A DNA stretch of 64,000 nucleotides. Origin: Amoebophrya sp. A120. Its lineage: Eukaryota; Protista; Dinoflagellata. The translations under genes and the position numbers were made by a program. Shown here piece after piece: positions 39,601-53,124 of this stretch; within the stretch, counting starts at the first letter, position 1, and each line of letters begins with the position of its first letter. The notes below the pieces were generated by a model, which ran no database searches, was not told where the DNA came from, and was given only the letters and a program-made list of their open reading frames with translations. The DNA lies in contig CAJINV010000002.1 in the NCBI GenBank assembly GCA_905178155.1, forward strand, positions 3,052,515 through 3,116,514, given 5' to 3'.

Positions 39601-40691
39601 CGCCAGAGGATAAAATGAAAGCCATCGCGCTCGTGCAGACGCAGCCGAATGTTGGAGGTGGAGTAGTGGCTGCTGGAGGTAGTTCTAACGCCGGGCACTA
39701 CGTTAGTCTACCCGACCACGACCGGCACCGGCACGACAGCAGCACAACTACAATCGCCTCTAAACTGGAGTTCCTCCGGAAATTCCTTAAAACGGCGATT
39801 TTCGTGTTCGGGGGGAAAAACAACTCCGCGTTGTACGCAAGTCATTCCCTGTGGACGATGAACAGCGGGAGTGGAACAACATCTGCGTCAGGTAGCAGTT
39901 CCTCAACAAATAAGCGCCTTGTCGCGATGGTCGGCGACGGGATCAACGACTCTCTCGCCCTGACCAAAGCCGACGTGAGTTTCTCCATGGCGGCCTCCGG
40001 AACCGCTCTCGCCGTGCAGTCGAGTGATATCGCGTTGTTCGACTCTGATTTGCGGAGCATCCCATTCTCCGTCTTGCTCGCGAGAAAAACGGTCCAGAAA
40101 TTCCGGCAGAACTTGTTACTGGCAATTGTCGGGAAATTGGCCTTGGTGTTGATTTTACTCTTCAATACAATGGTGTCCGAAGCGACGACGACAAATTTTT
40201 CCGTGTTCACCCTGGCGATCTGCCTGGATTTCCTGACGTTGTATCCTGCGCAAAAGCTATCGTACTCGTAGTAATTGCGGTCATGCATTACAAATCTTCT
40301 TATTAAGACAAATCCGCATTACAAATTCCATTTCTAATGCTGAGCAAATTTGTATATGCGATTTCTACTAGTACGATGTTTTTGCATTTCATACGTTGTT
40401 CGCAGTGTTGATGAACTCGGTGAGTCTGTTGGGGTTTGAAGGGCCGGTGGAGTTGCAGAAATCGAACATTTATGCCTTGCAAAAGGAAAAGTATCGCCCT
40501 AGTACAAATTGCATTACAAATTAGAATAGCGCGTCGACAGATGGAATCTGTAGTGCTGTTTTACCTCAGGAAGAAGATTTGTCATGCTGTACTGCAATTA
40601 GTACGAGTGCGATACTTTTGCAATTCATCACACTGCAGGGGTTGATTTCTGTGCGGCGGAAGAGGAGAAAAAGTCGGCAATTGAGGTGTAG
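36640..40691 (+). CDS. P1B-type heavy-metal-transporting ATPase (Zn/Cd-type likely); 3 introners; true start uncertain, possibly an internal ATG near 36855-36895
   Basis: HMA-like GICCASE, DESLLTGE, ACPCALILAGP, YDKTGTLT, HPLA, MLTGD, LSPEDK (after splicing) and MVGDGINDS. Confidence 0.95.
39451..39600. mobile_element. Introner family B
   Basis: DR CGCCA/CGCCA; restores QLSPEDK. Confidence 0.92.
40242..40393. mobile_element. Introner family B
   Basis: DR CGTTG/CGTTG; restores the last TM helix DFLTLFAVLMNS. Confidence 0.92.
40471..40629. mobile_element. Introner family B (ends ATC)
   Basis: DR ACATT/ACACT. Confidence 0.8.
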
Positions 40692-41473
40692 CTGGAGCTG
40701 CTGCAAGTGTAACGCGGATCAAATCTTTGCAAGGGCGGAGGTGGAGGCGAAGTAATCCTAATCGCCATGATCATGCGATGCATATACGCGAATATGTTGA
40801 AAAATTACTTGCATTCCAATCTACTGCAGTGGAGGAACAAAAAGGTAGTACCACTTGCAAAAAGACATGATAAGAAGCGACCCATCAAAAACCCATGAAA
40901 ATCTTCATCCCATCGTATTGAAATTTGAACGATAGTTGTAGCACGAGCTGCGCACTCACTCTTGGCTACAGAGAACTACTTTTGACGACACAAGAGGAAG
41001 GCACATTTTCTCCAACTGGCCCGCCTATTAAGGGGGAATCTTCATGATCTTTGAAAATTGTCGTGTTCATCTTCGAGCGCTGATTTTGTCGTTGTCGCTG
41101 CATCGTCAAGTGATGAGTAGAATCCCACATGCTCGTGAAATTAAATAAAAGTCGTGTCGTGGCACCAGAGCGAATCGCCTTCGTGGTTTTTGGCTCGTGA
41201 GCAGCTTGTGCTTGTTCTGGCGATGTCAGTCGATTTCTTTCGAGCGCTGTATTTTTGAGACGCGTGAGTGTCGCTATCCATCGTCTTTCGTTTATTTCGT
41301 GATACAGTTTACGACTGCTGTTGAGCGATTTTTCTCCTGTGTTGCAACCGGCGCAGCATGTTGTCCTGGGTACGGCTATGATTTTGACATCACCGGCCCA
41401 CCAGCCGTATTTCTTTATCAAAGTACAGCCTAGTTCTTGTTCACAGCTTGTTCTCTGCTTCACAAACAACAAG

Positions 41474-44400
41474 ATGAGAAAAGACAACAGCAACCGCGAC
41501 CGCGCAACCGCCCGCGGCACTCTTTCCGAGATCATCGGGTGTTACGCGAAAACCGCTTCGAACCAATCCAGCAGCTTGAACCCGGAAAGCTCGCTGAACT
41601 ATCCCCGGAGGAGAACAAACAGAACTGGTAACAAAACCTCCCAAATACCGCCACCGTCGGTAATCCCCTCCAGTAGAACACCATCCGAAAGAACCGGGCC
41701 AACGCCGCGGTTGCAACAACTGCAGCAAAAACCAAGACAGAAAGATTACGTCGCCCCTGTACATCTACAACATGATCAGCCACAAATAGATCTGCAGCAG
41801 CCCCCCTTCCTTTTCGCGCCTCAGGAAAGGAAGAGCAGAGCCACCAGCTCCAACGCTGGAGCTGGTGCTGACCGGAGCCAAGCCCCTCTCCCTGCTCCAG
41901 AACCACAGCAGGATGAAATAACAGTCGAACTGTCACGTTCCACCGGCGCATATTACGAGGGCGGTGAGCAAGGTGGCACGACAGGAGTAGAGTATGGCGA
42001 CGGCGCCCACACGACAGGTGGCGCTTACTATCCGGATGGAGAGGGGGAGCAGTACCACGAGGGGTATTACAACCACGACTACCAACATGAATACGGTGAA
42101 GATCAAGATCTTGTTCAGGGTAACTACTACGAAGATCATTACCAGGCCGAGGAACTGGAACATGAGCCAGATCTCCATCAGGATGAAGATGATGACCAAG
42201 AGCTGTTGTCAGACTCCTCTTTCCTGCAGTTTCACGACGATGATAACGTCGCAAAACTCCTGGATCGCAACATTACCCACGACCACGACGGGCACTGGGA
42301 TTTGATCTACCAGCGACACGACAACGCGGTGAGAACGAAGCAGGAGAACAGCGAAAAGTCGGAGGGTTTTTTTGGCTCGCTGAAGAAAAAAGCGGGGATG
42401 CGGGCGAGTTTGAACAATTATTTACCCAGTCCGGTGGAGGATTTCCAAGATTCGGAGGAAGAGAAAGGAATAGATGAAAACGCGAGGACAAACCCTGCAG
42501 TATTAACTGGACAACAAGCCGGTCGTGGTGCTGAAGATGAACAAAAAGGCACAGGAGCTACAGGCACAGCAGCAGCAGCAAACACATCACCATCAGGAGA
42601 TCTTCAAATCGATCTAGAAGAAGAGCAGCAACACCCACCGGTCGCGAAAACTATCGAGAAGAACGAAAATCGGCAGGTGCAGCACGACCACGCGGGCCAC
42701 TGGGAGATGATGTTTAGCCGGGCGAAAGGGGGGGCGGTGAAGAAAAGAACCTCTCTTTCCAACGCGAACACGGGGTTGCCGCCTGGTGGTGCTCCTCCTG
42801 CTGCAGCTAGTATGGATGATGAAATAAACGCAAACGCTGGAAGTTTCGCCGGAGCAGCGAGTAACGTCGACCGAGCGAAGCTACTTTCCTCTGAAGACGG
42901 GGATCAACATGATCTACAAGTGACTTCTTACGAGGATCAACAACCAGAAGATTTTGAAGAAGGAAATTCGATCGAGGCCAGTCCGGCGCTGGTGAAAATG
43001 AATAGTGCCCAGCAGCAACGACGCTCCGGCAATCCCATCACCGCGTACGCGACTGTGACTTCGAAGTCTGTTTTTCCGCCCGGGATGGCGGATACTGCAA
43101 CTGCCAGTCGGGAAAGAGTGCCTCCACCGCCACCGCAAGGGAACATCAAGATGAGTTCCCAGCAACAACGTGCAGCCGGCGGCCGCGGCTCGTCGCCAGG
43201 GAGTAATAATTACCAGCAGTCCTCTCCACCTTCCCTTGACCCTAGATACGTCCTGTTAGACGACGGCGCTGGGCCGGATAACATCGAGCAAGAGATCTAT
43301 TCTCCGCCCCAAACGGTCCGACTGTTGATCCAAAGGGATAACAGCGGGAAAAAGCAGGTGAAGGTGTTGCAGAAGGATGAAGTCGTTCCTCCGATCGAAC
43401 CTCCGGTAGCTTCTGTTGAGTCGAAGGCGAAAAGTAAGAAAGCGTCAGCGAAAAAAGGTACCGCTACCGCAAAAGGAAAAGCGAAGGCAAAAGCTACGGG
43501 GGCTTCTCCTGCAGCAGCAGCAGCGAGTTCGCCGAGTGACAATGGTGCAGCTACAGCAGGACCACCGCTTGCAGAGGGCGAAGCCGCTAGTCCAACGGAG
43601 ATCCAGGGCGGGTACCGGCGGGAGAGAAGGCCGCTGGGTGCGAAGGCGAAACCAGCTGGACGCGCGAAGGCACGGCCGAAGGGGAAGACGCGAACGGGTG
43701 GTGGTGGCGCCAGAACTGCGAGTGCGGACGACGATGCAGTTACGACTCCGGGGGCAGCTGCATCAGGAGAACTACAACCAGCGCCGCAAACAAACCTGAA
43801 GAAGGACCAAATTTTAACGACCGCTGGCGCAACGAGTACTTTTACCGGGGTAGAAGTAGTAGACACGCGTCCAGTTGTAACCCAGGAAGAACACCTACTG
43901 GAGCGCACGCGCTCGCAGGCCGCGGACGTGCGGCCAAGGAACACCCAGTTTCAGAAAAACACGGCTTTGTTCAAGCAAGACCGGGTTTTGAAGCCGAAGA
44001 ATTTCCAAGAAAAACTCCTCGAAGTCCTCACCCGGTCGAAGCAGTGTCAGGTGGGAGAGTACGAAGACTTCCCGTTTTTCGATTTTCAACCGAAAAAGTT
44101 GGGGTTACCAGACGATCCGGAGTTGAACGCGAATGCAGTAGGACGAACGACGGGCAATAATATCAGTCACGCCGCGCTCCACTCGGCTCTGGCTTCCATG
44201 TCCCACGAACTGCGGTCTTTGTACAATGAACGGGAAAGCGTCATTACGGTCTACGAAAACGAGATCGAGAGGCTGCAGGCGCTGGTGCAGATCGCGTTTC
44301 AGAAATTGGAGGAAGTTTTAACCGTCTTATGCATCGCAAAAGTATCGTGCTCTTGCAAATTGCATCACAAATTTTTCCAGAAGGAAACCTGGAATTTGTC

Positions 44401-46800
44401 ATGCTGATTGTGGTAAAAAGGGAAACTTGTCATGCTGGACTGCCCTTTATATTACGAGTGCGATACTTATTTTGCAGTTGATACGAGTACGACGACTACA
44501 ATGTGGTGTTCGTGGACGATGAAATCGAAGACGAAAGTTTGCGGAATCGGAAGAGAAAGAGGGCTTTGTCCACCTCTTCGGGTGATGTTCAAGAAGTTCC
44601 TCATCATCTTGAAAACCAAGCTTTAAACACCACCACCACTGTATGCAAAAAAAAAAACTGCGTTAGTGTAAGTTTGTGATGCAGAAAGTGCAAAACCGTT
44701 ACACTTGTCATGCTAGCTAGCTTTGCCCATGCAGCGCTATAATTTCGTGCGTGGTGTTCTCACGTACTGGCTGCGCATGACAAGCTTTCTCTGTCATGCG
44801 AAACAGATTTGTCATGCTGCAACCGCAAGACACCTACATCACAGTTTTTTTCTTGGATAGAGCGGCTCTCTGACCGTCGAATCCATTCTGACCGATCCGA
44901 ACTTGGTGAATCACGGGATAGGGTATCCACAAAAAATTTCCTGTAGACGTCCAAAAAATGCGGTTTCGGCATCACAAAGCTCGCCTTCGATCCTAGTTAG
45001 CATGACAAGTGCCATGCTCTAAGTTGGGGAAATTTGTGATGCATTTTGTACGTGTACGGGAAATTTCCAGTGGATATAGGGAACAAAGACGCGGAAAAGG
45101 AGGACACGAAGTTCAAGTCGCTGCTGGCGCGAAGTTACGCGTTTTTGAAAGAGGAGTTAGAGCCGGAAGCGAAAACTTACCAGTACTTGCAGCGGACGGG
45201 GTCGTTTGGGAAAAGGAAGAGCTTGCTGTTGGCGGATAATAGTAAAGGTGGCGCGACTGGTTCCAGTAAGAATAAGAAAACCTCGAGCAAAAAGACTAAT
45301 AGCAACCCGTTTGGTGCAGCAAAAAGTCAAGGATCAACATCCGTACCAGGTGCAGTAGCGACTGTCGACGGAATGAAGAAACGTGCTATAGCCGCAAAAG
45401 AGATAATGACAAGCAATTCCGCTCAGAGTAATCCGGTCCGCGGAGGAGCGACAGCTTCCGCTGCTGCTGTACCAAGGAACAACATGACAACTTTTTCGCA
45501 ACAAGAAAACAACGACCCCGCGAGCTCTTCCTCTGCAGAAGACGAGGAACTCCACGTCCAGCTGAAGCAGCTCGCGTCCTTACGGCAGGTCGAGATGAAA
45601 GCGGCGAAGAAACTGCAATTACAATTCCGCTCGAAGATTTTCCGGAAATTTCTGAAGGAGATATGCATTGCAAATGCATCGTACTAGTTCAAATCGCATG
45701 ACAAATCGTTCCAAAAAGAAAAATGGAACTTGTCATGCAGATTGTTCAGGTGAGAAATCAGATCTGTAATGCTAGACTGGCACTCGCATTTGTAAGAGTA
45801 CGATGCTTTTGGTTTTGGAGTGCATAAGGGATGGAAGTAAACAAAAAACTCCCGCCCCGTCCGAGTGACGACAATCGGAAATTTATCGCGAAGCAAATTT
45901 GCGAAGAGCTGTTTGCCGCGCCAGGGGAGAAGCCACCGAGGGCTTCCATATCAAATGCAAAAATGTCTGGGTCTGGAAGGTTGGAACTTGTGATGCTAAC
46001 TTTGGACTCTAAAAAAATCTGTATTGCATGACCAGCAAGTAGAGGAGTCTAGTTTGTGCTACGCGGGGAAGGCGTTGTCATGCGGAGTAGGCATCAGGAA
46101 GCCTTCTAAAAATCTGTGACGCTAGGTCGTGCATTACAGACATCCTGGGTCATGCAAAAAATGCATGACAAGTGCTGAGACTTGAAGTCTCAGAACCTTC
46201 TGCATTTGATATTCCAGCTTGATCAACGATCCGGTCGGGGTTTTGATTGCGGTTTTGCGGAAAAAGGAACAAACTGGGAAGGCGGAGTTACCGGTGAATT
46301 TGACGCATTTTTACTATCCGGAAGGAGGTCTGGAGGAGGGAAACGATAACGATGACGGGATCGAGGAGAAAGGAGAAGGAAGTAGAGGTGGAGATGTGCA
46401 TGTTGTTGAATCACAATCAAGTTCTATCTATCGGCGGGGAAAGAAGATGTACCTGGGAGGTCTCGACATAATCCGAGCTCCCTCTCAACCAGGAGCAGCA
46501 CATCAACAGCGATATAATTCCAGCCGGGGCCGGAGGAAAGAGAAGTTGGAAGAGGAGATTGGGAGACTGAAGCTGCGGTTAGAAACTTCCAAGAAGAGAA
46601 AGGAACAGAGGAAGGTGGAGAAGAGAAATGCGGTGCGGAAACTGAGAAAGGATAGAGAAGTAGATGCCGCGGACGAGATCGAGAGTGAAAAAACAATCGA
46701 AGACGTTCATGCGCTAGCGCGTGAGGTGGAAGAGCAGCAGGACGAGGGGGAGGATGTGAAGAGTATCAGTATGGTAGATTTGCAGAGGCTGCTGCGGTAA
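41474..46800 (+). CDS. Large low-complexity hypothetical protein with coiled-coil segments; 5 introners
   Basis: ORF 41321-44407 joins in frame to ORFs starting 45046, 45831 and 46219; first ATG with plausible context is at 41474. Confidence 0.72.
44328..44483. mobile_element. Introner family B
   Basis: DR CGTCT/CGAGT; frame restored. Confidence 0.8.
44642..44859. mobile_element. Introner family I-like, GT-AG compatible
   Basis: TATGCAAAAAAAAAAACTG / CAGTTTTTTTCTTGGATA; DR eroded (CACTG/GAGCG). Confidence 0.72.
44924..45076. mobile_element. Introner, D-like
   Basis: TATCCACAAAAAATTTCC / GGAAATTTCCAGTGGATA; DR TAGGG/TAGGG. Confidence 0.88.
45662..45826. mobile_element. Introner family B, degenerate
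   Basis: DR GGAGA/AGGGA; frame restored. Confidence 0.75.
45949..46211. mobile_element. Introner family A (right TIR partly eroded)
   Basis: DR TTCCA/TTCCA. Confidence 0.88.
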
Positions 46801-47708
46801 GATTTCTATTGTTCAGAGTCTCTGGCTCTGTAGTTTTGTGGACACAACGTTTCAAGAACTCGAACGTCAACGGAACCAAAAATAAGTGGTACTCGTCTTA
46901 CGGTTACGATCAGGATCGTGACCGTGTCAGATAGAGCAATTTTCACAAGGTGAGTAAGTACACTAGATCTGTGGTGGTTGTTGATCTCACAATTGACAAG
47001 ACTGACTTGTGACGAGCTGATGCCTGAACAATGTGGTACTTACTTGATGTTGGTTTCAAAGAAAACAGAAAGAAAAGCTTACAATAAAAATGAATACAGC
47101 CTCGTGCTGTTGTTTCCATCGCAGCGTACTTTGCTATTGCTCGTTGATCTACAACTTGAGTACTTGTCAACGAAGATTTTTCACAAGTAAACTGTTCAAG
47201 GGCGCAGTGAAGATGTCTAGTTGTTGTAGAAGATGGTAGCCGCGATAAAACTAAAAGACTGGCCAAGATCGCCCTCATTCTCGATGCGCGCGAGAAAGAG
47301 TACAGACGTTGGCGATGAGTACTGCACCCGACGCTGTCACTACGTACATGTTCACCACGTTGTTTTACCGTCTTCAATCCACTGACTTGTTGTTTCACAA
47401 CCAAGGTCCACAAGCGCGCGCGATGTTCCGGTGGTCACAACACGCTTAGCACACAAACTTAAACTTTTGAGAAAAAAAAAACATAGGGTAGGATAACGAG
47501 CTGTAGTACCTTGGCAATCTCTACTGTGGTGGAAATCCAATATTTGTTTCAGCTTGTACTACGATCTGAGACGAATAAAGCACGACCCATCAAACGGATT
47601 TTGGGTACTTCTAATTAAGACCGAAAAGAACTCTTTGAGATCTAAAAGCCTGAACGAAGTCCAAAATAAAACACAGATCGGTTTCGGTGTTGTCTTTTTT
47701 CCAACAAG

Positions 47709-50700
47709 ATGGCCGACATTTTCGGCAGTGGTTGGGGAGCTGCGAATCCCGGCACCACTACTGCAAAGAAAAACCAACAAAGTACCATCCTTCCACCACC
47801 ACCTCCTAAAAATATTAAGCCAGCGGAAACTTCCGGCGCTCCTTCCGGGTGGCTCGGGAGCAACCAGTCTAGTGCAGCGGCAGGAGCCCCTACTCCGGGC
47901 AGTAAAAAAGCAGAGCCAGGCTCTGCTTCTGCCAAGAAGAAGAAAAACGACGAGAAGAAAAGCCCGGGGAGTTGTCCTAATTCCGGCGCGAAAATAATTT
48001 CCCAGGCGCAGGCTTGGGGCAACGCGAATCCAGCTAAATTGGCGAACAAGGAAAACACGACTAACGGAGCTGGTGCCAATGGCTCCGCTGCAACTTCCGC
48101 AGCCACAACTTCTGGCACCACTTCTACTTCGAAAAAGACCGCCGCTTTATCGGAGCAGAAGATCCTTTCCGAAGCCGCTTGGGGCAATGCTAATCCGGCG
48201 ACTCTGAGCGCGAACAAAAGTTTAGCGTCTGCGAATACGCCTACTAGTACAGCGACCCATCACCACGCAACGGGTATCTCCGCCTTGATTGCTAAAAAAG
48301 GATTGGGGAAACAGAGCGGAAACAAGACGGCTCCCACTGGTGCAGGGACTGCCGCCGCGAATGGAACTACGAGTACCACCGGGGCCGCGGCCAATGGTAC
48401 TGCAACCGGCGCCGATGGAACTTCTGCAGACATCAAAAAGCCTTCTGCTACGGCGAAGAGCAACCCGAAGGCTATTTCCGGCGCGCCGTCTTCTTACACG
48501 GGAGCCGGGGACAAATCTACGACCACCTCGCTCAACACTTCTAAAACCGCGAAGAAGCACTTTTCTCCTCTGATTCAGAAAAAGCAGAGCAAGCCGCCGG
48601 CGGCGCCGTGGGAAGCCGCTCCGTGGGAGAAGGGTGGAGGTGGTGGGAACTTAAAAAATCGAAATAACGTTGATGATGATGATGATTTGAAATCGGATGA
48701 CGATTTGATATCCCCACACTCCGGAATCGGCTCCGGATCCGGCTCCGGGCACGACGAAGATGAAGATTCTGAGGACCGCAGTCCTCGGTCGCCATCCAGG
48801 TCTCGCTCCCCTTCGCGTGTTTCGAAGAGCGAAGAGGAGGAGGAAGAAGACTATTACGGAAAACCAGTGGTGAAGAAAAACGACTCGAATTCTTCCGAAG
48901 TTGTGCAGCAGCCCAAGACGGTGACTAGTACCAGCGACCATGGTATGACGAACGCCAAAAAGCTCGACGATTTATCGGTGAAAAATAATCGCAAGACTAC
49001 GACTCTTTCCGGACAGCCGATCCCGAAGTCTAGTGCGAAAAAGCCTCTTGATGCATCTTCTACTCGTTTTGGATTTGGAAAGCAGGGAGGTACTACTAGC
49101 ATCAAGGATGGCGCGGTCTTGGTGAAGACCAACAGGAGCAAGCGCTCCAGCAGTGTTTCCGATGACGACGGTGAAGATGCGCATGGAAACGGGTCCACTT
49201 ATGATCTCATTTCACCGCCGGCCCAGTTCGGAAAGTATAACCAGGCAACTGCTACTGCTGAGGGCAAAAAGTCGAAAGGAGGGGCGAAAAGCGGCCGTGA
49301 CAACGAAGCAGCTCCTGCCGAAAATAAGATGAAATCCGACAAGAAAACAGCTGCCCAAGACATCACAACTCAAACCGGTGGTGGCGCGGGTACTACTACT
49401 GGTCGTTCTTCCGCTACTTCCGCCGCGCCGGGACCTGGTGGTCTTGGTCTCAACTTGAACTTTATCGGGCGCCGCAGAGATAGTGAGGACTCGCTGCGAC
49501 ACGGCGAATCGTCCTCTCCGTCGTCATCGGATGAACATATTGAAGAGGAAAAATCAGACGGCGATGTTGAGATGGAGAGACAGCAGAATGACAAGAAAAA
49601 CGATAACCTGAAGTTGCCCGCTCCAGCCGACAACGACGACCCCGAAAGCAAAAAGCGCAAAATGACGGAAGATATCGAAACCCCAGCGAGTGTGCGATCC
49701 AAGGCGGAGGAACTGAAGTCGCGTTACAAGCAGAAGTTGCTGGACGACAAGCTGAAGGCGGCGAAGGAAATGGCAACTGCCAAGGCGGAGGAAGAAGATG
49801 AAGAACAAGAACGTGAACGTCTCCGGGTAAATAACTTGAAACGCGACAGGAGCAAAAGCCGAAGCGGAAGTAGGAGCCGCAGTCGCGGCACTCCTTCTGG
49901 CAAGCATAAAGAGTCGAAGCATGATGGTGATGATGACGTCATCATCCCTTTACTTGACCCAACCCCGGAGGAACTCGAGGATATGCGAAAGAACAACGTC
50001 ACCTTGGAGGAATTTCGTTTTCTCCGCGCCCAGTTAGAGAAGGGGAAGCAGGAAGAAAAACTGCGGTTAGAAGAGGAGAAGAAGCAGAAGGAGGAAGAGC
50101 GGGAAAAACGAATTCAGGAGCGGTTGGAGCGAGAACGGGAATTTCGGCAGAAGCAGCCGAGTAGGTCGCCGCGGCGCGGTGCGAGAGATCGGGATGCTGT
50201 ACCACGTGGAGGCGCTGGCTCCAACCGGAGCTGCAAAGAGGCTGACGTCAAAGAGAACAAGGAGAACAACAATAGCAGCACTGCTGGTTCTGGTACTACT
50301 AGCAGCACGAAAAATAATATCTTGCAACCGCCGCCGTCGAAACTAGCTGACAAGCACAGTGAGACCAAATCCCTGGGGCAGCAACTCCTCGATCAGTACG
50401 TCGGGAATGGAATGAAGGGCAGGGTGGAGCAGCTGAAGCTCGAGGCTGCCGCGGAAATAAAGACGAAGCGGGACCGAGCTGGCGCAACTACATCTCCCGA
50501 TCGTTTTGCTTCTGGGGACAACAAGACGGGCAAAAATAACCCGTCTGAAGAGATGAACATTAAATCTAGTGCAGCCGACATCAATCAGCCTTCCACCGTT
50601 CTTCTCCGACCCCCTTCGGGTGGAGCGCGCTGCGACTTACGCCCGAACGAGAAGTACGTGGAGAAGGAGCACAACAACTACAAAAGTGTTGCTGGAACTA

Positions 50701-53124
50701 CAAATGTCCTCACTTCTGAGGGGTTTAGCAATAGAAATCCCGCGGCGGGAAATTGCATTCTGAAACCGAACAGGAAAAGAGGCAGTTTTGGACCACTTGG
50801 AGCCAATGCAGGACGGAAAGGATCTTCCGAATACGGTGGTGGCAACGAGCCGTCGATTGAAAAATCTGCAACCGAAAAGAACGACAAGCAGCTGTCGCGG
50901 ACGAATTCCTTAGTCGTGGATAAAAGGTTGAACTCCGCTTCATTACAATCTTCGGAGGACATCGAGAAAAAGGTTGACCGGACCATCACCGAAAAGCTGA
51001 AACGGCGGAACAACCCCTTTGAGGATAAAGACTACGAGTACAACGGAAGAGGCGGTCGCGGGGAAACGAGGGACAAGTCGGATCAGGATCACGACGAGAA
51101 GTTATCTTCTCGCCGGGAGAATATTAAGAAGTCATCTCGCGATCGGGATCGCCGCGGCCAAAGTGGCCGATCTTACTCTGCTCCCCGCAGCGAAAAAGGC
51201 CGGGGCCGGTCGAAGGAGGCGCGGCGGTATGATAACAAGAAAGACCACAAAGACGACTACGACAAGAAATCTAAGCGGGGGAACAAAACCGACAGTGTCG
51301 GGAAGTCTTCTTCCCCAGCAGGAGCTGCGCGAGGCACCAGGCTGGAAGAGCTGAAGAGCCGGTCGGGAAAAGATCTGAAAACTCCGGAGTTGCGGAGTGT
51401 CTCCCGCGGAGGAGGAAAAGGGACCGGAACTACGGGGCGGAAGAAAGACCGGGAAGATGAAGATCGGAAGAGAAGTGCGGCAGATGGCAGTACTTCTGGG
51501 CGTGACCGTCGCGGAGGTGATAAAAGTCGTGACAAAAAATCTCGGTCTCCGAAAACCTCCGAAAGCCTCCGTGTTGCTTCTGAGGAGCGCCGAGAGCGGG
51601 AGCGGAAGATCTGGGAAGGAAAACGAGCGAAAATCGTGGCGGAGAAAGAACACCTGTATGCGGAGCGGAAGAAAAATGCCTGCCCGCCGGAGCAGTGGTC
51701 GTTTGATCCGTTTGATTTTTTTCTGCACGGACAGGTCCCGGGAACGGTGACCAAGGACGGCGAAATGTTTGTGTGCAAACCCCTGTCGAGCGGCGTTTGG
51801 GCGACGGTAAGTAGTTATTTCATACGGAGGATCATGCCGATAGATCAACTTTTCTGAAGTTTTTCTTGACCTGCCCACGCATTTGTAGATATATAATGAT
51901 TAGCAGAGCCTTCTATAATCCCACTCTGAAAAACAACTCGAACTATTCTCATTGCTACTATACATCTTCAGGCCGCACCCGTTCCCGAAACCTCGGAACC
52001 CGCCCAACCCCCGACCTACCACACGAAGCAGAGCATGCACGACGACGACGAGACTGAAGAGACAGTGCCGCTGACGCCGCAAGAACGCAAGCGATCCTCT
52101 CCACCCGGTGGCCGTCGCGGCGATGGAAATAAAAACCGGTCGCGCTCACGCGAAAACCACAACCGGACTCTGAAGAAAGAGGACATCAAAGCTCGTCCCA
52201 CCCGGGACGAGTCCATCGCCCGGCCCCACCCGCACGAATACGACTATAACCGGCTGGGAAAGAACCGAGATCTAGTCCGCATGGGCGAGGACGAAAGGAG
52301 TGCGCAATACAAGGCCGCAAAGGGAGCAGGGGGTGCTGGAGGACAGATTTACAACCTGAAGGAGCCCATGAGCAGTAGAGGAGGAGAGCATCACTACCAG
52401 CGTGAGCTGCAAGGGACTTCCAGCTCCAGTTCCTTCACTACTAACAACGCCATCCTCCGTCCGGCGCGCGGTCGGGCGAACACGGGTGGCTCCGATTTTT
52501 CGCACCAGGAGATTAAGGTCGAGAAACAGTTGGACCACATGGCTGTGATTGACCCGAACCAGATCAATCTCGAGCACCTCCTATGAACTGCAAAAGTATC
52601 TTCATACTCGTACTGATCGCATTTATGCATTACAAATTTCTTTGTCACGCTAAATCAGCATGACAAATTCCATTTGTCATGCTGAGCTCGTTTGTATTGC
52701 ATTTGCAATACTACCAGTGCGATACTTTTGCAATGCATACCTCCCGAAGCCGGTCCAGCAGGTTTCCCGCGGGGGCGAAGTGTGGGCGGTGTTTTCGGAT
52801 CACGTGGATCACAAGGCGCTGTTTGATTGCAGCGACCAGTGCCGGGAGATCTTTCGGGAAAAGAAGAAGCAGAAGCGCGGAGGTGGGGGGGAGGAATCGG
52901 TACGCGGCGGGGGTGGAACCACAGCCGCGACGGCAGTCGGGTCTGCAATGACAAGTAGTAGCTCAGCAACAGGAAGTTCTAACACCCACAATATCAGCTC
53001 TAGTGCTGCGGGGTCGTCTTCCAGAGACCACACCTCCAGTTCGGCTTTTGGCGCCTCCTCTACTAATGCCGGATCCTATTCCAGTCGAAATCGGGTGGGT
53101 GGAAAGGGGGGGAAGCGGTGGTGA
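47709..53124 (+). CDS. Large disordered K/S/R-rich protein with RS-like segments; GT-AG intron 51807-51971 and one introner
   Basis: 1382-aa ORF; GTAAGT donor and TTCAG acceptor are in phase with ORF 52035, which then joins ORF 52660. Confidence 0.75.
52582..52739. mobile_element. Introner family B
   Basis: DR CCTCC/CCTCC. Confidence 0.9.
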